Part shown: positions 51,845 through 64,000 of the stretch, piece after piece
How the letters are laid out: every line of letters starts with the position of its first letter
Numbering within the stretch: position 1 is the first letter of the stretch
NCBI RefSeq assembly: GCF_006345805.1
Contig: NC_043005.1
Coordinates: 81,158,001-81,222,000, forward strand
Length of the DNA: 64,000 nucleotides
Source: Octopus sinensis
Taxonomy: Eukaryota
Reading direction: 5' to 3'
Program-made: the position numbers and the translations under genes
Notes under the pieces: generated by a model
What the model was told of the DNA's origin: nothing
Database searches by the model: none
The model's input: the letters and a program-made list of their open reading frames with translations, nothing else

Positions 51845-52510
51845 AACCGTACGATGCTATTGTATAGATTCACTGAATGCATAGAGGCAAAGAAGTGTGC
51901 GTGCGGTGAACATAAAAATCTTCGACTTACCACTAGGAAAGACACCGGAGGAATAGATAACTTGGTACTCGAATTTCGGACTTACCAGAATATGCTTGTT
52001 ATCGAGTATTATGTTATCTTCCTCCTAGAGGTATGAAGAAAATTTTTAAAGTTCACCGCCCACACATATATTTCCCTTTATACATTCAGTGAAGCTTTAG
52101 AATAGTGCCGTACGGTTATCGACTGCTATTTCTAGCAAACATTGGTATATTGTAGTGCCACTATTTCCTATTTGTGATTCAACCTTTACGGTGCTTATCG
52201 CTGAAAAACAGTACTATTGTATTGTAATAATTGTTATAATTTTTCATACGTAACTTTCACTTTTCTCGGTGTATAGGCATTGATGTTGCAGATATTCTAA
52301 ATTTTATCTTAGGTGAACCTATCTGACGAAAACGAACCACTTTTACGATATCAAACATATTCTGGAAAGTCCGAAACTCTAGTACTAGGTTATCCATTCC
52401 CCCAGCGTTTCTCTTAGAGGTTAGTCGATTTTGTTTTTGTTTCTGCCGCTCGCACATACCTTTGCCTCTATACATTCAGTGAAGCTTTACAATAGCGTCG
52501 TACAGTTATC
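51845..52510. mobile_element. Two related MITE-like copies in opposite orientation
   Basis: About 51860-52005 is the reverse complement of about 52345-52490; terminal motif tatacattcagtgaagcttta near 52078 and 52468. Confidence 0.55.
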
Positions 52511-52779
52511 AAATACTATTGACACACTCACACACACACACACACACACACGTATATTATAGTTTCGGTTAGGCTTAGTTTTACCAATAGCCTGTACTAA
52601 AAGCTTCACAAAAAAATTTCAGTCGAGTACAAAGCAGTAAACGGGAATGACAAGGAAAAATGATGTCATTAACTACATTTGCTTATAGCTATTCCTGCTT
52701 TAAGATGTAAGGCGCTCATAGTTGAGTGCATGTGTATCATCTTATAAATTCATCGGAGATTCCAAAGTGAATGCTTTCA

Positions 52780-52953
52780 ATTTATATTCAGAAAGCATTG
52801 CTATCGAAAATTCATTAACATTGCGCAGACATTACTGTGGTTTTAAGAAGCTTGTTTCTCTATCACATTTATATTCAGAAAGCATTGCTATCGAAAATTC
52901 ATTAACATTGCGCAGACATTACTGTGGTTTTAAGAAGCTTGTTTCTCTATCAC
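52780..52953. repeat. Perfect 87-bp tandem duplication
   Basis: atttatattcagaaagc...gtttctctatcac occurs twice, offset 87. Confidence 0.95.
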
Positions 52954-53009
52954 ATGGTTTCGGGTTTCGTCCCATTGCTTCCTACCTCGGGCCGACCAAA
53001 GTCTTCAAA

Positions 53010-53720
53010 TCCGATGGTCACGTTGCATAGAGAACATCGAAACTGGAATATAGAACAGTGGAAAACTCTTGTTTAGAGATCCAATGGTGGAGTGTGTGTG
53101 TGTGAAGAATGCCTGGTGAACGATATGCACCAGTCTGTATAGTGCTGACTGTGAAATTCTTGGTGGTGGGGGTCATGGTGTGGTTGTTTTTCATTCGGAG
53201 TACGCTTGGCCCCCACTGATGCATTACGTGGCATAGTCACAGCAGAAGCTTACACTGACATTTTAATTAACTCAATGTTGTGTATCATCGAAGACCATTT
53301 CAGATATGACCATTGTTTCTTTGAACACGACCGGGCACCAGTCCATACTGCAGGAAGTGTAGGGAAATGGTTTGACGTGAAACAACGTCCCAATAATGGA
53401 CTGGCCTGCGTAGTGTCCTCATTTGAATCCAATCGAACAACGTCTCGGGGATATTTTGGAAAGCTGACTTCGTGCTAGGACACACCGACCCGCAACGATA
53501 CCATAGCGCATTGCGGCACTCCATGAAGAAGAGTCTGCCATTCCCCAGAAAACCTTCCGTAACCTGATTGAAGTTATGTCTGTAAGAGTGGAGGCTCTCA
53601 TCAAGGCTAAGTGTGGGTCAGCACTGTATAGACTGTGACTGTCAGTGTTCCCGATGGAGGGTGGCCCAAATTTGTACATCAGTATTAGTTGGGTGTCCGG
53701 ATAATTTTGGTTACATAGTG
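53010..53720 (+). mobile_element. Tc1 DD34E transposon, 5'-truncated
   Basis: RMPGERYAP..VK.GGG.VMVW, HDRAPVHTA, DWPA*CPHLNPIE (about 34 spacing across a frameshift). Right TIR gggtgtccggataattttggttacatagtg followed by TA. Confidence 0.85.
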
Positions 53721-53731
53721 TATATTTACAG

Positions 53732-53783
<52 letters not shown>

Positions 53784-54271
53784 AGAGAGGGAAAGAGATA
53801 GGGATATAGATATAAACGAATATATATATATATATGTATATACACATATATATGTATAAAATTAGTGTACATTTAAACACAAAGAGGAGGTGACCCTTAA
53901 CAGGCTGCATTACATGCTAGAGATAGCAGTCAAAACGTCCAAAACCACAGTTAACATTGAATGTATGGCGTACCTCCCAATGAGAACTTAGCATAACAAA
54001 ATATTTTATTTGCTAATTAAAGTTCGATACCTAGGTCTGGCTGTAAAAACATAGAAAACGTTTTTATTTTTCATTCTTTTCGAAATTGCACTTAACTGTG
54101 GTTTTGAACGTTTTGACTGCTTCTTCTATCATGTAAGGTGACCTGTTAAGGGGCACATGTTTTGTGTTTAAATTTACACTAATTTTATATGGAAAATATG
54201 CTGTCTATTGACTTTTATACATGCTAGATCATTGGTAGAAAAATTTCTAAAATTTGACTACGTGTATATAT

Positions 54272-54320
<49 letters not shown>

Positions 54321-54354
54321 TATATATATATATATATGAAAACTTATTATCTTA

Positions 54355-54684
54355 TTTATTTCTTTAAAAATATTGTTTAGTTCCTTTTGCTTATTTATTT
54401 AACTATTATCATTAACCTGAAGATTGACTAAAATTTTATTTCGAATTTATTTCAATTGAATTTAAACTTAATTGCAATTCGAATTTAATTATAGCCATGA
54501 AACGTAAGTAGTGTTTTTACTTATTACATTATATTTATCATTCTTTTTATACTTTTGATTAAAAAAATTATATATATATTATATATTATATTAATTATAT
54601 TTATATTATTTGTTATTTATGTATCGGTTTATGACTATCACTCTTTGATTTGCCTAATAGTGGTTTTATCTCTAATTCATATTT

Positions 54685-54690
<6 letters not shown>
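54355..54690 (+). mobile_element. Penelope-like pLTR related to 17100-17545, hammerhead with long AT-rich stem II insert
   Basis: cctgaagattgacta...tagccatgaaacgtaagtagtg; 3' end tagtggttttatctctaatt matches 17520-17540. Confidence 0.5.
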
Positions 54691-54750
<60 letters not shown>

Positions 54751-54959
54751 TATATATACATACATAGATATATATGTATGCATATATATATTTATACATA
54801 CATGTATATATATATACGTATATATATACTTGTATATATATGAGTGTGTATGTGTAGCTGGCTGGATGGATGGATGGATGGGTGGATGGATAGATTATCA
54901 GTTATCGTTCTCATTCTTGCAAGTCGTCTGTTGCACATAATATGTATTTCATTACAAAA

Positions 54960-55165
54960 TGCATGCAAGGAATCCTGAACACTGATTAGTTCTTCCAAAT
55001 GCAATTGCCATATTTCGGTAAAAGCCATTTCCAAAACAGTATTAGTTTCTTTGACTGCCCGATGCCATTTTATTAATATTTTCGTCTTTCCTGTATTAAC
55101 GCTAGATTGCTTTCACAGATTTTGAATATTCCTTGCAAGTATCCAACATATTGTACAGTGAAAAG
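54960..55165 (-). pseudogene. RTE-type reverse transcriptase relic
   Basis: Minus strand SVNTGKTKILI, then with frameshifts KW and GRTNQCSGFLA. Confidence 0.4.
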
Positions 55166-55424
55166 TAATTCCAGCCAATATCACCCGAAGTTCATTCATC
55201 AAACTGTTCACGACTACTTGTCTAAGGCAAAACTGAATGTCAGAGCCTTACAATGTTGGTACATGTATCTTTAATTCTCATTTGTAGTTTAGCCCCAGAT
55301 TAGCTATGACTAACCGGCCAACCATGAATATCCCATTTGGCTCACACTTTGTGCAGAGAACTCAGAAGCCCATTATAGAATATATCGATCCCAAATACAC
55401 TTAAATGTGATTTGAGTATGGTGT

Positions 55425-56175
<751 letters not shown>

Positions 56176-56190
56176 GAATAAAGAATGTAT

Positions 56191-56253
<63 letters not shown>

Positions 56254-57304
56254 CTTTTAGTTTTTTACATGTTTCAGACATATATAAGTAAAACGGATTA
56301 AGTAACCCCAGGTAGTTATCTATAATGTACTCAGTGTTAAGCAAATTCGGTTAACTATACCCAAAAACCAAACATAAGTGCAAGTATAATTAACACTCAA
56401 GATAATTTTTCCTGTTTGACAAGTAAATACGCATGTCGCTTAGAATAATTTCAAGGAATTCGGGGTATAAGACACCCAGAATATGACTGCAGAGGATCAC
56501 ATCTTTAATTGGTGATTGCACTATACATTACCAACGATCGTTCTTGCTGCGCCAACATATCTAAATACGGAAAGAGGTATGAAAGACTAGTCAAATTAAT
56601 ATATCTAACTATATATATGCTACTACAACGTTATCAAAGCAATCGAAAATGGGTTAAATTCAAAGTGAACTCAGAAAGCATCGTTAATGTATAGACGCGT
56701 AGAAAAAGAACATTGAGAAGACATATACACAATTCTAAGAAAAGTCAGTTTACTATTTAACTTTTGATGACGTCAGTAGATAACGACATATATGGACGTA
56801 GATACCAAGACAACTAAACATTTTCATACGTACTTATGTACTGAGATATACTTTAACCTATACATAGAAATATATAATGAATCTAACATTGGGCCAGACA
56901 CATAATATGTACAAATAGGCAACCAATAGACAGCTAAGCAACAGACATATCACATACACATATTTAACAAAAATAATATTTGTTTCGTAGACATACTTCT
57001 TCATTACCAACAGATGCATTATTCCCAATCAGAAGTCATAGTGATGATTTATTTGATAAATACCCATAGATCTTTAAAGATGAATCACTATTGTCTGCAT
57101 ATTTGCGTTTATCTGCTATTTATCGCTCATCATGTGTAAAATTTCTTCGTCTTATCTTCCACCTCAAGATTTATTAAACAAAATAAATAAGAAATACGAT
57201 GCATTATTATCATTTCATGTACGAAGGACTGCACAGTCATATGTTTTAATGTGAATATTATTTTTTAATGCAAATTTTAAATGTTGCACATAGTAATTCG
57301 TTGG

Positions 57305-57343
<39 letters not shown>

Positions 57344-57350
57344 CTCTATC

Positions 57351-57387
<37 letters not shown>

Positions 57388-57522
57388 AAAATATATATAT
57401 ATATATATATATAACATATGTGTGTGTGTTTGTGTGTGTATGTGAGTGTGTATAAATATATATGACATCAGGGTGGCGGGGTAAGCTCATTATCTCCGAT
57501 GCAGGAGTACTTTTGCGTCCCT

Positions 57523-58000
57523 AGTGACGAAACCTGGGTGTACAATTATGAACCGGAATCCAAGAGACAAAATACCCATGGGAGACATCCTGGCTCTCCC
57601 AGACCCAAGAGTGCCAAGTAAAACAAACCCATCAGGAAACTTATGATCGGCTTTTTGTTCGACAGTAAGAGTATTATCTATATCTATTGCAGTCCTCGTG
57701 GCGAGATTGCCAACAAAGTACATGTTGAGATCAAGAAAGGGATATCACAGTAAAAGATCAAAGCACATTCACTGGGATCGGTGTCACTTGACTCAATGGC
57801 GACATTTGGTACAATGACAGTGCAGCGAGTCCGCAATTCAGTCCTGCCAACCAACTATTGGATAGAGATAGGCGTGAAAACTGTCATTCATTTTCCATAC
57901 AATGAAGGTCTTGGTCTCTGTGACTTTGGTTCTTCCCCAAGCTGAAGTACAACCTCAGGTGCAGCAATTTAGAAGATACAGATGGCTGTAAATAGGATCC
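57523..58000 (+). pseudogene. Mariner (DD34D-type) transposase relic
   Basis: SDETWVYNYEPESKRQ...HPGSPRPK, LFDSKSII, GVKTVIHFPYNEGLGLCDF. Confidence 0.8.
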
Positions 58001-59140
58001 TGGACACTTTCATTTAATTGGAAATTATATATGCATTTATATATATATATATATAATATATATATATATAATATATATATATATATGTATGTATATAAAC
58101 TTTTTTAATAATAATTATAACATGAGATTACAAAATTTCATATAAAAGTAATAAACTTGAATGTCTGTTGTTGCATGAAAGCTGAACATCTTTCCAAATA
58201 TGATTTCCCTTCAGCTTAGAGAATTAGGTAATACTTAAGTACCTTTATTATCCTAGCTTTTGTAACTGTTTCATTGTTCGTATGTCTCTGATGTGTAGTG
58301 CGTACGTTAATTAATAATTTTAGTTTAACAACAAAAGAGTAAACATTATTTGCTCGAATGACATTATGAATAACATATAATGTTCTATATGACTTCTTAA
58401 GAGCCACAAAAATAATAAACGTAATAAATAGCATCAGTTTTGTAATATTTGCGTCGTTAATTAAAAGCAATATTTCAAATGCTGTCACGAAATATTTCGA
58501 TAAAAACAAAGAAATCTTCAAAATTCTATAGGTTTCTTCTTTCAATATCAAATATGGCCGTCACAAGAACAATTTCATCTGACACTTTCATGAAAAAATC
58601 CGTTTTAATGTGAATGAAATAAATTAAAACTTACGTGTCGCGTGTTTTGAGGAACATGTTAATGAACAAGTGTTTTGCTTAAATATTTTTTCTTTATCTT
58701 AAGCGTCCCTCTTGTTATAATAGACACGTTAATATACAAATAGTTCCTTTTTTCAAATATTTTCTTTTCCCTAAAAGTCCGTTGATTGCTAAGAGAAACA
58801 TGTGAATTTAACGTTTATCTGCAGAATAAATTAACTTTGTAAAGACTTTCATCACTTGTCACAAAGAATACATTAATGAAACGATTCTATAAATTAATTA
58901 TTAATCCGTGAAGAATTTTCAAGTAAAATGTAATATTCCTACCCAGTAATGGTTCACTGTGAATGTTGCCAGGAGGGAATTATCTTAAAGAACTGTTAAT
59001 CTTTATAAACAGGGTTCACTAAGATTTTAAGGAATTTAAAGCTTTCAAATGCATTATATTATTCGAGATATTTGATAAATGATTGATACATCAGCTGCAC
59101 GAAAAGAACACCTAATTATATGCACTATTATAAACCATGT

Positions 59141-59448
59141 GGAGGTGCAATGGTCCAGTGGTTAGGGCAACGGGCTCGCGGTCGAAGGATCACGGTTTCG
59201 ATTCCAAGACCGGGCGTTGTGAGTGTTTACTGAGTGAAAACACCTAAAGCCCCCCGAGGCTCCGACAGGGGGTGGTGGCGATCCCTGCAGTATTCCTTCG
59301 CCACAACTTTCTCTCACTCTTTTTTCTGTTGGCCTGCTCGCTTAGCCAGCGGGGTGGTGTCATTTGAAGGCTAAAACAATGCGAAGTGCATTGTGACCAG
59401 CGATGTGTAGCAACATCTGATAGCCTGGTCGGTCATGTGATTGTGATT
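59141..59448 (+). mobile_element. Chimeric SINE: family A 5' part plus family D tail
   Basis: The first 190 bp align to family A; from 59331 (ggcctgctcgcttagccagcgggg) the sequence aligns to 15940-16062. Confidence 0.8.
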
Positions 59449-60483
59449 ATGAATCCATACAAATATGCGCACAAATCACATAAGTTTTTATATGTGGAGG
59501 GTGCAGATCAGGATGTATGAGTTCGTTATAAGATATGAAGGAGGAGATTAAGTAGAAAGCAAATATATTCAATTACGCAGATATAGGGATGGGTATCATT
59601 TAGGGGATTTTTCATAGGTGCACAAGTGTGCTGTAAACGGCCCCATATATAATAATTTGCTGTTACTTACCCTCAGCTCAGCCTCAAAACGGCTGGCGAA
59701 TGAAGTAAACAACCTATATACAGACGAAGGCATTCTTTACACACACACACACACACATTTGTGTATATAGCTATATATTCTTCATTTTTCAAGAAATTGT
59801 ACGTTTTCTTAGAACCGATTTCTGTATAACATATGGGAGATTCTCAGCTACATTTTGGATGTTTGTGCACTAAAAAAACAATGTATTTGATCAAAGTATT
59901 CCTAAGTTACGAACTGGTAATCAACCGGTTACTGGATTCATACATATTGAAAGAACTACGAATGTAATCAAAACTTATGCTATTCAGACCACATCTGGTT
60001 CTGTATGAGGTGACTGAGACCATGACAAAAACACTAATCAAAAACTGCTTCTTCCTTTTCCATAAGTTCAATCCTCTCATACTACTGCAACAAAATAATT
60101 CCAATCACAACATCATAAACACCTCTTAATGTATTCTATCCATAATTCTTAGCAAAACTAAGAAAGGAGATATTGAAGATAAAAACTTATGACATTTGAA
60201 ACTGTATGGGAAAATCACATATTTCCCGTTCCCATGTTTTAATCTATTCCTATTTCATGACATTTCACCAAAAGTTCAACGTAACTGAAAAATATCGTCT
60301 GTAAACAGTTTCTAGGCAATAAATTTTATTTGCTGTTGCATAAGTTTCCGATCACACGAAAGGTGTCATTGAATTAAGATATATCCTTAGATATATTAAT
60401 TCCATCGACTTCCCGTTCATCTATTCATGAATTCATACATTAAGATACGCCATAATATATCTTTTAAACAATCCATGTTTCGA

Positions 60484-60525
<42 letters not shown>

Positions 60526-60532
60526 GTATATA

Positions 60533-60565
<33 letters not shown>

Positions 60566-60693
60566 CAACTCTCCTGCTTTGTTATTCTGGCATTTAATTA
60601 CCTTACATACACACATCTAAGCAAGCACATAGACTTCTTATCCAATACAGATAATTCAATGTATCTAAATATGTGTGTGTGTGTGTGAGTGTG

Positions 60694-60744
<51 letters not shown>

Positions 60745-60792
60745 GTTATATATATATACCTGTATATGTGTGTGTGTATACGTATATACATA

Positions 60793-60859
<67 letters not shown>

Positions 60860-62282
60860 CATGTATATATTTATAGATTCATCTATATGCAGATATGTAT
60901 ATATATATAGATAGATTTATATATATGCACATATATATATGTATATATACATGTATATGTATGTGCGTATATATGTATATTTATATTATATGTGTTTGTA
61001 TGTATGTATGTATATGTGCCTGTGTGTCTGCATTTGTGTATGTATTCATATTCATGTATGTTTGTATTTCCATTTATCTTGAGTACATCATGAAACTAAT
61101 TCCGTCCATTTCTCCCCCTCATTAATCATTAATTAGAATGGTTTTGGTGACGTTCGTCAAACATCAATAAGAAACTTAATCGAGGTTGCAAATCTCAACA
61201 ATACAAATGTTTGTTTGGCCAAGGTAAGCTTTTACACAGTTAAATAATTGAAATGTAAACTAAACTATCTGACAAGAAGCCTTATATTTCAGAATAAATT
61301 TACTCACGAGTGTTATTCGATCCAACAACGCGAGTTAAATTGCGTCGCATCAAATTTAATGATTTACTGAAATGAGTTTTACCAAAGTATGGTTTCCATT
61401 CTAATCTAGATAGATTGTGGTATTGATTATTCTTGTGTCTAATCTACAACAAGACGTTCGTTAGCATATTGATTATTATATTGTTTATTCATCGCTTTTA
61501 ATCTATTTGTTTTATTTTTATATCTTGCTACTGTTGTAGACGTTCTAGTGAAGAGTTTGCACAATTTGATTAATATATTTAATTTTACCTGCTAGCGTAA
61601 TCTTATGCTCTCAAACGCACACACACTCACACATACACGCACACACAGACAGTAACTGGCTACCGATATATTTTAGTATTCCACAAGAAAATAACTGTTT
61701 CTTTCTGAATTATAAATTTGAAATATTTTGTCCATTTTATTTTATAAAAAAATATATCATGGTCTGGTGAACATTTTTAAAATATCAGCTGGAATGTGGC
61801 TTTCAAATTTTTCTTGCCATGGCAATATTTTCTGCCATTAATTTTTCTTCTTCATTAAACATACCACGAACATTTTATTACGGGTTGTTATAGTGCATAT
61901 GGATGTTACGCAAATATATTTCTAACACTTAAGATATCGATCGAAATTAAGAAATGGAAAATTATAGAGAGGACCCTGGCTGTCAATATTAATAGCGATG
62001 CGAATTCTACCCGTTAAAAAAGAATCTGAAATAACAACCTAATGAGAATTTCTAAGACGGACACAGGTCCTCAAAGACGACTCTATAACTGAAAAGAATA
62101 TGGACGTAACTGAAACCGTTCAGGTTTTATCACAAGGTCTATTAGTATTTCCAACCGTTATCCAAAGATATGCATATGCGTAGGTTACTTCGTGGTTTCA
62201 GGTTCAATCACAATGTGTGCTTTCACAAATGTTTTCCACCATATTCTCTGGTCGACCGAGCAGTAAATACATACCACCACCA

Positions 62283-62330
<48 letters not shown>

Positions 62331-62368
62331 AAAGAAATCACGTATACATCCAGTCCGACTTCAATAAG

Positions 62369-62700
62369 CGGTATAGACGCCACAATGCATCTCAAGATGA
62401 TGCCACCAATTTTGGCAAAATCCTTTTAGACTTAACCGACAAGCATTCCCCACCCCTAGAAGTAGGATTATTTTAAACACGTATAACTTCAAGATTTGTT
62501 CTAGTTTCACCTCTAATTTGAAAAATATAATTTTAGATATAGACAAGCCATAAAGAGAAGATTACCGTTCTTGCTGCAACAAAGATCTATGACCCTCCAA
62601 ATACAGCCTGTATGAACAAGACCATCATATACGAAATATCAGTGAGAACGATTAATGCAGACACCACAAACTCTACCGGGAGATACATAACAGCTGTATG
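62369..62700 (+). pseudogene. Penelope RT-to-GIY-YIG linker relic (duplicated at about 63260-63590)
   Basis: ATNFGKILLDLTDKHSP; ILNTYNFKICSSFTSNLKNII; CNKDL.P...CMNKTIIYEISV. These match the Penelope patterns TNIGK.FL.LIDKHFP, IFNRNT.K.SYSC.PN.K.II and CPL...C....IIY. Confidence 0.6.
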
Positions 62701-63026
62701 AGGGAGAAAATTATCAATAAATGACAAGATTTCAAGTATTCTTTTTTAAATATCAGGTTAAAATAACAATTTGTGGATTAAGTTTCCGAGAACGACGCAG
62801 AATAATAATGATTCGTAGGAATATGAAAAGATTCGTCTAAACTTGGCAGCAAGAGACCACTTCATGTAAATATCATATTCTTCCTCCAGGATATACTGCT
62901 CTGAAGAATATTACTTAAATTATTTGATGCTTTTCGATTAATTTTAATACAGCTGAGGACTCAATGATTTCTTTGGTCATTAGCATTTTATCTTTAGTGC
63001 AAATTAAAAATGTGAATTGAAATAAC

Positions 63027-63190
63027 AGCGTAGGAGTGGCTGTGTGGTAAGTACCTAGCTTACCAACCACATGGTTCAGGGTTCAGTCCCACTGCGTGGT
63101 ACCTTGAGCAAGTGTCTTCTACTATAACTTGGGCCTACCAATCCTTGTGAGTGGACTTGGTAGACGAAAACGGAAAGAAGTCCGTCGTAT
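63027..63190 (+). mobile_element. SINE family B 5' half (repeated at 63919-64000)
   Basis: agcgtaggagtggctgtgtggtaag...gaagtccgtcgtatata. Confidence 0.85.
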
Positions 63191-64000
63191 ATATGTATAT
63201 ATATATATATATATATATTATAAAGAAATCACGTATACATCCAGTCCGACTTCAATAAGCGGTATAGACGCCACAATGCATCTCAAGATGATGCCACCAA
63301 TTTTGGCAAAATCCTTTTAGACTTAACCGACAAGCATTCCCCACCCCTAGAAGTAGGATTATTTTAAACACGTATAACTTCAAGATTTGTTCTAGTTTCA
63401 CCTCTAATTTGAAAAATATAATTTTAGATATAGACAAGCCATAAAGAGAAGATTACCGTTCTTGCTGCAACAAAGATCTATGACCCTCCAAATACAGCCT
63501 GTATGAACAAGACCATCATATACGAAATATCAGTGAGAACGATTAATGCAGACACCACAAACTCTACCGGGAGATACATAACAGCTGTATGAGGGAGAAA
63601 ATTATCAATAAATGACAAGATTTCAAGTATTCTTTTTTAAATATCAGGTTAAAATAACAATTTGTGGATTAAGTTTCCGAGAACGACGCAGAATAATAAT
63701 GATTCGTAGGAATATGAAAAGATTCGTCTAAACTTGGCAGCAAGAGACCACTTCATGTAAATATCATATTCTTCCTCCAGGATATACTGCTCTGAAGAAT
63801 ATTACTTAAATTATTTGATGCTTTTCGATTAATTTTAATACAGCTGAGGACTCAATGATTTCTTTGGTCATTAGCATTTTATCTTTAGTGCAAATTAAAA
63901 AATGTGAATTGAAATAACAGCGTAGGAGTGGCTGTGTGGTAAGTACCTAGCTTACCAACCACATGGTTCAGGGTTCAGTCCCACTGCGTGGTACCTTGAG

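Larger units (their letters stand above)
62326..64000. repeat. Near-identical tandem duplication, unit 891-892 bp, second copy cut by the window end
   Basis: About 62326-63217 is repeated from about 63218; the only difference noticed is one A in a homopolymer. Confidence 0.92.

Noticed and set aside
62030-62130. cctaatga...gaaaccgttcagg hammerhead-like remnant
   Set aside because: The core and stem II are both broken; insufficient support.

Overview
AT-rich, microsatellite-dense animal genomic DNA. The SINE families and repeat landscape point to an octopus (inference; no search was run). I found no host protein-coding exon, rRNA, true tRNA or CRISPR array; nearly all listed ORFs are translations of microsatellites. 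The window is a mosaic of mobile-element relics: a near full-length CR1/L2-group LINE (minus strand, about 19.8-24.3 kb; ORF1 has an N-terminal Myb/SANT-like helix pattern plus a CCCH finger; ORF2 is APE-RT with stops and frameshifts), an R4/Dong 3' fragment next to (TAA)n, maT DD37D, Tc1 DD34E and mariner relics, a Helitron helicase relic, RTE relics, a Penelope coding relic, and about 35 SINE copies from at least 4 modular families. The main hidden signal is a dense set of minimal type I hammerhead ribozyme motifs of the Penelope/retrozyme kind. About a dozen loci from several unrelated families are present; four keep the conserved core nucleotides (2908-2980, 12974-13033, 15340-15402, 17279-17321), most have self-complementary stem III, and most end at (TA)n. 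One lies in a 405-nt partial tandem repeat that resembles a retrozyme unit. Element end coordinates are read by eye and may be off by 10-20 nt.
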